Assembly: GCA_000165425.1 (NCBI GenBank)
Contig: CT868430.1
Span: 1 to 64,000 of the forward strand
Direction of reading: 5' to 3'
DNA length: 64,000 nt
Source: Paramecium tetraurelia
Lineage: Eukaryota
The notes under the pieces are model-generated. The model searched no databases. It had not been told where the DNA came from and saw nothing but the letters and a program-made list of their open reading frames with translations. The position numbers and the translations under genes are program-made. Below, one piece after another: positions 55,216 through 64,000 of this stretch (the first letter of the stretch is position 1; the number at the start of each line of letters is the position of its first letter).

Positions 55216-56832
55216 TCAAATTGTGAGATTCAAATTTTGCTAGTAAATCTCCTTAAATAAATTTTGTGGTATCATTTATAAGAGTTCCAAATTTTCATAT
55301 AAATCATTTGATAAATCATTTTATTAAATGAGTTCAACTATTTCTTCCTATTACCTTATAAGTTATCTTTGCTATTCGCTAACATAAGTAACTATGTAAG
55401 CATTGTTTTTGGATAGTCTCATAACTTCACTTTCAGAAATCACTTCCACAATAGAATCATTATATTAAAACCATTATTTTTTTGAAAAGTTATAAATGTA
55501 GATAAAATAATGACCTTAATTTGCATTTCCTAAATGAATAACAATGCTATGTAGGTAGTATTTTTTAGAGCAACATTACGATAATTATTGATTTAACCAT
55601 TAATAGTCTCCTCTCCTCTACTAATATTCAGATGACTGTTATTATATTTTTAGTATATCTTAATCTAATGTCAATTACTAAACCATAATCTCATTCTAAA
55701 GTAGCGAATAATATTCAATAATGTCTTTAAATGAAGCAATATATTTTTAGACTAGAAAACTATAACTTATAGATACTTTACTAGGGATCTAGGTTCATTT
55801 ATTGACTTCCATTTGTAGCACCATTAAAAATTTCAAATAAATTATGTACCTAATTGACATCTTGTATTATAAAATCAATATAGATTTCTGAGTGCAGATT
55901 AAAATCCTGAGTCGATTTGACCATATTTTAAGTATTTCTATTGTAGGAATATCTTGAAATTTGAAAAAAAAGGTTTTCTGGAATACTAGTTAACTTCTGT
56001 TACCCAAATTCATGGTATAAGGTATTGTATATATTACCATAGCTGAGATTGGCTGGGATGAAGATTTAATATCTATCTCTCTCATTAGTCAATACAAATT
56101 ATTATTTTAATATTTGACTCTTGAAGCAATCATTAATGTTCAAATTAAGTTGATTTTGAGAGGATGATTGTTCTTTCTCCTTTAAGGATTGATCTACTTT
56201 TGAAAGGAATAGTTCGCAAAGTTCTCTGAAATCTTACTAATGCCCTACTAATTATATATCTTTTGAATCCCACCACATAAATTAAATAACTTCACTTGCA
56301 TCATAATAGATTGAATTAGAAATGATTAAATTTGCAAACAGTCTTTAAAGTGAATTCAAAAAGTTATCAAATTTCTAATAGAAAATAATATTTACATCAT
56401 TGTTATATTGTACTTTATAATCGAATATTGTTTTAACAAAAATTGGATTGTTTAACATCAATTATAGAAGTGAATTAAAGTAGCATAAATTGCCAATATT
56501 GACTAAACCCACTGGAATAGAAGGAATTTTAGTTTTCCTTTTAGTAGAATTTCCCATCTGATTATAGTAGATAGAATTACATCGTAATAATTTGGTATAG
56601 TTTATTGATATTAAGAATTGTTAAAAGATTAATTGGTCTGATCCTTAGCATGAACCATTTAATATAAGTCTTGATAATTGGATTTGGCAATGGCTAAGTA
56701 TTGATTTAGATTTTGACAATCACCAAATAGATTGGTTGCTTATATGGCTAGAACGCTTTATTCTTTAGTGTAACCAGCTTCAATAAGCTGCCTCATCACA
56801 CTGTCGTTAATAATGATATTTTGTCTACTCAT
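55216..56832 (-). CDS. Ubiquitin C-terminal hydrolase (USP/C19) with an N-terminal UBA-like domain (USP25/28-like)
   Basis: VMRQLIEAGYTKEQSVLAIQATN, 23-nt intron, Cys box PVGLVNIGNLCYFNSLLQ, QQDFREL, His box HLGNANQGHYFIY. Confidence 0.88.
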
Positions 56833-56863
56833 GTTTATTATAAATTAATTAATTAATTACAAT

Positions 56864-57839
56864 ATGAATTAGAGTTTGACTGTAATGGAGAAGGTTGAGC
56901 AGGACAAGATGGAGAATCCTCAAGCTTGGATTCAAAACAATATAATCAATTCACTTTCTGGGAGAGAGTGGAGGTAGAACTATTTACAAAAATTGGGAAT
57001 AAAGCAAGTTTAAGAGAAGGAGAATTCAACTAAGGAATTTTAATTAAACTATGTGGTTAGAACGAATGAGGATGTCCGTAATAACTACATCTAGAAACTC
57101 ATGAATAATAAATTGATGTAATAGTAAAAGAAGCACCAAACTTGTAATACTTTTAAAAGATTTAGTGACAATATTTGATTGGGATGACACATTATTGTGC
57201 ACAACCTTTTTGGGAGGATATGGATTCGTTGAATTACCCATAGATGTCTTGGAATAGTTGACTGCATTGAATGAAAGCGCTGTAATTTGAATAAATATAT
57301 CAAGAGTAGATTGTTAGAAAAAGCGTCTTAAGTAGGGGATGTATTTATAATTACAAATGCTGCTTAGGGTTGGGTTGAATACAGTAGCAAATTGTAGATA
57401 TTATAATTTAAGTAGGTATATGAATAAGGTGTTCTAAGTGATCTTTGACAAAAAAATAGTAGTTATCTCAGCTAGACATGGGTATGAAGAAATGTTTCCA
57501 GGGGATTGTGGTAAATGGAAGATAGAAGCCTTTAAAGATATAAGATCTAAGTATGAAAATGATGTGTTCACCAATCTAATCTGTTTGGGGGATTCAAACA
57601 TTGAAATTGATGCAGCCCACGTGTTAGCCAAGTTTCAATCTAAAATATCTTAGGGAATTCACTGTTGCATTAATTAAGACCATCAAATTCAGAGAGTGTC
57701 CGAAACCCGAGGAGTTGGTCAGGTAGTTAGATTTGGTATCTGATAAATTCGAGTAAATTTATACTACTTTCAAGAGTTTAACAATACGGTTAGAGAAGTA
57801 AGTATCTGTGTAACTTGTAGGAAGACTTCTGGTAGTTGA
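56864..57839 (+). CDS. HAD-superfamily hydrolase-like protein
   Basis: IFDWDDTL, IITNAAQGWV, VISAR, WKIEAF, LICLGDSNIE, IKTIKF motifs; several introns. Confidence 0.85.
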
Positions 57840-57968
57840 TGAATTTTATATTATTAAATATATATATTTGGCATTTTAACTTATATCTTAGTATATTTAA
57901 CACGGGATTTCAAAGATAAATTGAATTATGTTTATTAAATATCCACATATAATTACACATATAGATAT

Positions 57969-59623
57969 TCAAATTTGTTACTTAATAGGTGGACAATGTT
58001 ATTTAGTCAACATTCATATGAACTTGAATGTTGTACAGGATCTGTATCTTAAATAACCTTTGTCAATGGTTCAATGAATTCTGGTGATAACACTGAGACA
58101 GTGGGGTGTTTAAACACCTCTGTCAATAGTTATCTTAGAGTCTCATTTTCATTTTCAATCACTTTAACCTAATTATAGAATTGAATATATACTTTTTTCT
58201 GCAATTCTTCATAGGCATCCTGGAGTGGACCTAACTTGTCAAGAGCCTCTCTTTTCTTCCTTTAGGATTCTTTAGCCGAATTCCTATTCCTTCTGATGCA
58301 TTAGCACTTTTTACAATTGCATTCCTCTTCTCCATTATAAACACATTTATTCTTCAATTTCTCAATCATCTTCAAATAGTAATTGGAACTATTTTTGACT
58401 TGGGAGTTATCATTATATCTATCCTATTGAATCATATCAATCATGTGACTCTCAATCTGCAATAACATTGGTAGAATGTATAGGAGAGAACAATTCATCT
58501 ATTTGTGGATTTTTTGAGTTCTGATGTTGAATTCATTTAAATCGATCTCGTCATTCTGGTCTTCAAAATATACACTAGTGGCCTTTTTAAGAAAGTCTTG
58601 TGTAGTTGCTTTGAAACTTCCCATAATTAAGAGATACTATGATAGAATAGATGGAGTACCTCTTAGAAGATGGAATCGTTGTGCATCTAAGCGGTTTGCT
58701 TGACTGAGTTTTCGACAACATCAAAAATCAGATTGGACTTTTTGAAGAAATTGTTCATGTTGACTGTGTACTGATTGAATTGGACTAAGAATTAATCCTT
58801 GTTCAACTTCTATTGTTGTTAACTAAGCATCTTGAAAATAAAGGTTCCCCAGACATCTTCAGGCACCTTCTTGATCATTGAATTGAGTTAGGTGAAACTC
58901 AATTGTTGACTCACTTGTTAATTGGATGATATCGAATACTGGTAGAGAGTGTTGAAGAATATATCAGAAAAGTCATCTCTGAATACTAGGAATTTGGAAA
59001 GGTATTGTGTACCTAAAAATGTATAGAGATTAGTAGATTACCTTTATCAAATGATACAAGTTAAGATCTCAATAATAAGGACAGTGTTTAGAATAAGGAA
59101 CTACTCATTGTAATTCTGGTTGGCTAGGCAATGTATTAAGCCTTAAGTAAGGAGATCTATTCTATTTCTCCCTATATTTTATCCAATCCATGGATGATCA
59201 AATTGGCCAACACATTCAGAAAATAGGGCAAGTGGTATTCAATGCAATTTGCGATGGTTACAACTTACTTTCTCAACACTTATTATTAAAAGTATTAGGT
59301 AACTCTATTTTGAATATCAATTAGAGTCCATGCCTTTCTAAAATGTTAATATTGATAATTACTTTTCCATAAGGTTGTTGGGAGTGTATTACATTAACGA
59401 AAGGAGTTGCTGCTATTGCAGAATCTAATTATTACTAGGATGAGTACCTCATGACTTTATTTTGAGACTTGTTCTTCTTACTTCACCTTCTCTTGCTCCT
59501 AATGTTTGATGATTGCCTAGAGGTAAAGCTATTGCAGAGGATTCATCGCTATTAAATTTATTTTTGAATCCTGATTTTGAGCAATTGCTTTAATTTTATC
59601 AAATCATACGTAATATTTTTCAT
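57969..59623 (-). CDS. Protein with a C-terminal bZIP-like region
   Basis: RNRNSAKESQRKKREALDKLGPLQDAYEELQKK basic region plus heptads; N-terminal exon structure approximate. Confidence 0.65.
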
Positions 59624-59809
59624 ATAAAGTTATTTACATTCAAACAAAAAATTGGAGTTAATTAATTAAAAATACACCGTCATCTTTGCATTCTCTCAAT
59701 CTCTTAACATCAATATCAATACCAATTATTTAATACATGACCTAATAATATGTTTTATACAATCATATCAAATTTGAATAATAAGAAATATCTTTATCAA
59801 ATATCATAA

Positions 59810-61050
59810 TCATACTCAAATTATTTTGTTGTTTAATTACAACCAGAATAATTTAATTTCCACCACATATTAAATGGCCTCGAAAATACTTCTCCTGCTT
59901 AACCTTCTTTTTTGTTTCCATAAATTCAGTATATACTCTCTACCTTGCTATACAATTCATCACATAAATTTGTGCCCATTGAAATACTCTATTAAATTTC
60001 AGGATTTGAACAATGCACTAAATTGATTCTACTTTCAATTGTTTAATTCATTAAACAATTAAAATTTGACAATGTAATCGCGCTCTCGGAATAACAACTT
60101 TAATAGGAATGAGAGTATTAATACTTTTTTATCGTCCTAGCCATCATGGGAACTTTCTAAATCTTGGTAAAACTATATTCTTAAAAGTAAAGTATATAAC
60201 AATATATCTTACATTCTTCTTGTAATCTTCAGCTTGATTAAACTTTTAAATCATAGAGGTAAAGGAAATACTAGAAAACACTAGCACATTTATAAAAGTC
60301 TATTATGATAAAATAATTTTAGAAGTCCTTCAAATCTCAATTCTAAATCATTAATATAGAAAAGGAAGATTATTGTGGGATAGATTAAAATTATGAATAA
60401 AAATCAGTATAAGCCCAAGATATACTTCTTGATGACAAAAATATATCCCTCATATATTTCAAAACATCTCTTCTCTATCCTTTAATATATTAAATATATC
60501 TTGAAATATAAATGTGTATACCTGTTCTTTATTCAAATTACTTACTGTCTTCTCTTCTATTTCCTCTCCTCTTTAAGCTCATTCAAATAACTCCAACGAC
60601 TGGTCTCTTATGAATTAATCATCATATTATGTAAAAGATATATAAAATCTTTTTAATTCATAGGCTTTTTTTAACTCTTGCTCTCAATTAATTTTCCTAG
60701 ATCTTAATGCTTAACTTCAATTTTTGGACAGTTGATGTCGCCATATAAATTCACAATTTCTATTATAAATTCATCTGGTAGCTTTAATTTTCCTTAATTT
60801 TCAATCTTATCTATGGTCTCATACTTATAAATATTATGCATTAAGGTGGATTTATCTAAACTTTAGTATTTATCCATTGAATATTTATGAAACTGGATAA
60901 TAACTTTTATAAATTTTAGATTATCTGGAGGGTTCAATTCATATTTTTTAATAAAACTACAAAAAAGTAATTTAAGGAGATGTTATAAAGAGATTTATAA
61001 CTTAGTGTAAAGTTTGGAATGTGAATTCCCAATTAAGTTAAATTTATATT
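59810..61050 (-). CDS. Hypothetical protein, possibly degenerate
   Basis: Protein-like code-6 segments but no consistent start or stop established. Confidence 0.3.
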
Positions 61051-61142
61051 GATAATATTATAAATTCAAAAGAATCTATGATAATAAGAGATAAGAGATG
61101 TTTTTATAAATTATTATTATTTAATGATTGATAAATTCAATT

Positions 61143-61992
61143 TCATAGAAGCATTTTCTAATCTTCCTCAATGTCTTCATCATTTAGGTGATTTGATTAG
61201 GCTGAATGATTTTCAAGAATGACTGGATTATATTAATTATATGTCATTAAAAACGAATCCACTATTTAAATTGCCTTTTGTAAATTTCATATTACTTAAG
61301 CTGTTTCAGTGTGAAATACTATAAATGTGGCTCTATACTTTTAGTCTTAATTTCTCCATGTGAACAGTTAATCGAATAAGGCATCTGAATTCTCCCTCAT
61401 AGTTACTCTATATAAATGATCATCCATCCACATCTAAGGCATTACAACATATTGAATATTTTTTTAAGCAAGGATTGAAAATCTAAAAAGATTGAATAAC
61501 AATATAATACAATTCTTAGTATAATTTAATCATGTTCTCTTGAGCAATCTATTTTAGAATTATATAAGTTACTTCTGTGTCTATTTTTAGATGAGCAATA
61601 TAATTTGTATGTCGGAACAGTCTCTTTCTAAGCTTCTATACCTTCCACACTCCGAGTTCTAAATCAAGGGTTTCTTCGCCTTTCTCACTCATTTCGCTTA
61701 AGTCATCACAATTTGATTCTTTTTCTTTTTCCTCCAATAATCTAACAATTCTTATTTAAATTACACTTATTTAATCATCTCATTTAATTTGGAATGTTGA
61801 GGGTCTATGTCAATATTTACTAAACATAGCATTATCTGAATTACTTATGCATTCCGTTTAAGCTAAAATTAAAGGTCCACTTTATAATGCCTCAATTACT
61901 AATTCCTTATAAGTTCTCTTCTCTTTTGGCACCACAGGTCTTTTTTCAAAGCACGAGTCTAGATTCCTTATAAATAAATTATTACTTCCCAT
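61143..61992 (-). CDS. Divergent macrodomain-like protein with an N-terminal MG
   Basis: Four introns (25, 24, 28, 21 nt) give a continuous frame: MGSNN..LILAQTECIINID..LELGVWKV..NYIAHL..LYQELFSILAQKNIQYVVMPQM..KMLL*. Confidence 0.65.
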
Positions 61993-62666
61993 ATATTTAG
62001 ATATTTGATATAAATAAAATAAATTAAAGAATGTTTGAGAAATCAATTAAACATCATCAATAGCCATTATATCTAAAGACTAGGACAATATCATTATATA
62101 TATATTATATAATCTGATTAGTATATTAAATATCAATTGTAAAACTTAAATTAACATAATATATTGAAATATCTAAAGAGAATATTGTTGACTATAACCT
62201 TAATTTTATATGATTTAATAAAAATTGGTGATTTCACAAAATAAACAAAATGTTCACATACATATATTAATTATATATTTTGGAATATTTAATATGCAAA
62301 AGTCTCCAATTAATTATATCACTCAAAACACTCAACTTAAGTTATTCCAATACTCTTTTTATTAAAATAAATTAAGTAGTTACTTTAAAATGTGATTGAT
62401 TATACTTTCATTTGATGTCTAAATTGTCATTTTAATCATTACGAATTCTTATTTATTAAAAAGTTATCAATAGTATTTAGATTTTCGATGTCAATTATAA
62501 AATTTATATTATAAAATATGTAAAATTAGTAATCCGAATGCCAATATGTTACGAATAGGAATAAGTCATAATCTAATAAGGATCTCAATATACTATTTGT
62601 AATTTATATAGTAAAATCAAGTTAACTCAATAAATATTGGAAAAATAACGATCAGGTTAAATATCA

Positions 62667-63859
62667 ATGGATGACAATTTGTTGTTCTCGCATTTCTACT
62701 AAAGACATCCATTTATTACTAGTCTCAACTAAAGTGCAGAAACAAATTTATTATCAGAATACATACCTTATATCAAATACGTTGAAATAGATTAAAATAC
62801 TATTGTGATATAGAATGGAGAATACGGTGATCTATTTTATGGTTTGATATAAGGGAAAATCAATGTCAACGATTTATGCTTTGGTATTGAAGCCTTAAAT
62901 TAAATGGCTTACGTTTAAGATGTGCAAACAGTTGAGAAATCAAAGTTTCTGATAATCAGTAGATAGAACTTTTAGGAAGCTTTACAGAAGGCAAAATTCA
63001 AGGAAAGAAACAATCTTATCGAATTTATGAAGGAATCCTAAATTTTTTAGAGGATGTCCAAAAGAACGATTGCATCGTTTATAAATTTATTTACTTTGGT
63101 GTATTTCCGAAAGAATCAGATAATTTATAGAGAGGGAGAGCAGGCGGATTATGTTTACATGATAAGAGTAATTGATAGTTACAATTTAGGAGGGAGAATT
63201 TGAGTTGAGTAAATAGTTCGATATTCAGAACAAACACAAATCAATGCCAATCAGTACGATAGGGAAGCCTGAACTATTCGGAGATTTGGATTGTTTGATG
63301 AACACGAGTAGACAATACACAGCGAGGTGTAAAGAGCAGGCTTATTGTTATAAGATTTCAAATTCAGTAATAATATGAATTAAGTAGAACTTTTATGCGA
63401 TTATTTAAAAGAATCCTCACTGCGGAATTGAGAATTACATAAATAACGTTATGAGAACTTAGACGTTGAGCAGACAGGAGAGGTTGTAGACAGCTTCATC
63501 AGTGTTGTCAGGAAATAGGAACTTGATATTTGGAGTGGAGGAGATAAAAAAGTCAAACAAGAAATTAGAGAATAAGTTTCATTATAACTCATCGCCAGGC
63601 AAAATAACTTAGAGATTCACTCCAATATATAGTAATTCCAATAGAAAAAAAATAAGAGTACGTTGTGCTACTTTGTATAATGAAGGCACCGTTGTGAGGT
63701 GCTAACAGAAACAGCACGGGTAAAGTGATCGCCAAGAGTAACTTATCAAATTGAAGGGATAATTGTTTGATGATATAGAGATACCGGATAGGATCAAAAG
63801 AAAATATTAGCAATAATTAAAAGAACTCAAAGATCAGACTATTAGAAGGTAATAATTGA
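62667..63859 (+). CDS. Protein with two cyclic-nucleotide-binding domains
   Basis: VIQNGEYGDLFYGLIQGKI..FGIEAL and IIYREGEQADYVYMIR EGEFEL..LFGDLDCL..RQYTARC. Confidence 0.8.
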
Positions 63860-64000
63860 TCATAAGAACATAAAATAATTAATCAAGGATTATAGCATAA
63901 AGCATGATTTCATGAGTGTTATTTGGTAATCATATATAGCTCTTCAATTTTATTAATATAATGATTGTGTTTATTTTAGATATCTTGTATTTGTTTATTG

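Noticed and set aside
56520..56557. MGNS myristoylated start for the USP
   Set aside because: This ATG directly follows a 23-nt intron acceptor, and the frame continues upstream through a UBA-like exon to ATG 56832

Overview
AT-rich, gene-dense eukaryotic DNA with the hallmarks of a Paramecium-type ciliate macronuclear chromosome. TAA/TAG read as Gln, TGA is the only stop, and genes are split by tiny (about 21-28 nt) GT..AG introns, so the supplied standard-code ORF track is largely misleading. I re-translated by hand with code 6 and find about 40 genes. They include an MFS sugar transporter, four Ser/Thr kinases, a hybrid histidine kinase, LSM3, BUD31, an importin-beta, PP4R3/SMEK, a Rho/Rac GTPase, a SAM-FHA-FHA protein, two trichocyst matrix precursors, PCBD, a USP, a RAP protein, a HAD protein, Myb/C2H2/bZIP factors and a cNMP-binding protein. 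Several decaying pseudogenes are present (WD40, NAXD, mitochondrial TyrRS, syntaxin). The most interesting signals are absent from the ORF track. Two intronless micro-genes carry motif sets resembling plant-type cell-cycle inhibitors: a 55-aa SIAMESE/SMR-like CDK inhibitor and a 71-aa OSD1/UVI4-like APC/C inhibitor (KEN, D-box, LR tail), each preceded by E2F-consensus sites. In addition, the stop codon of the SAM-FHA-FHA gene overlaps the ATG of the Rho GTPase, and a 35-nt intron would fuse them in frame. All calls come from manual translation and motif recognition; no database search was run, and some gene ends are approximate.
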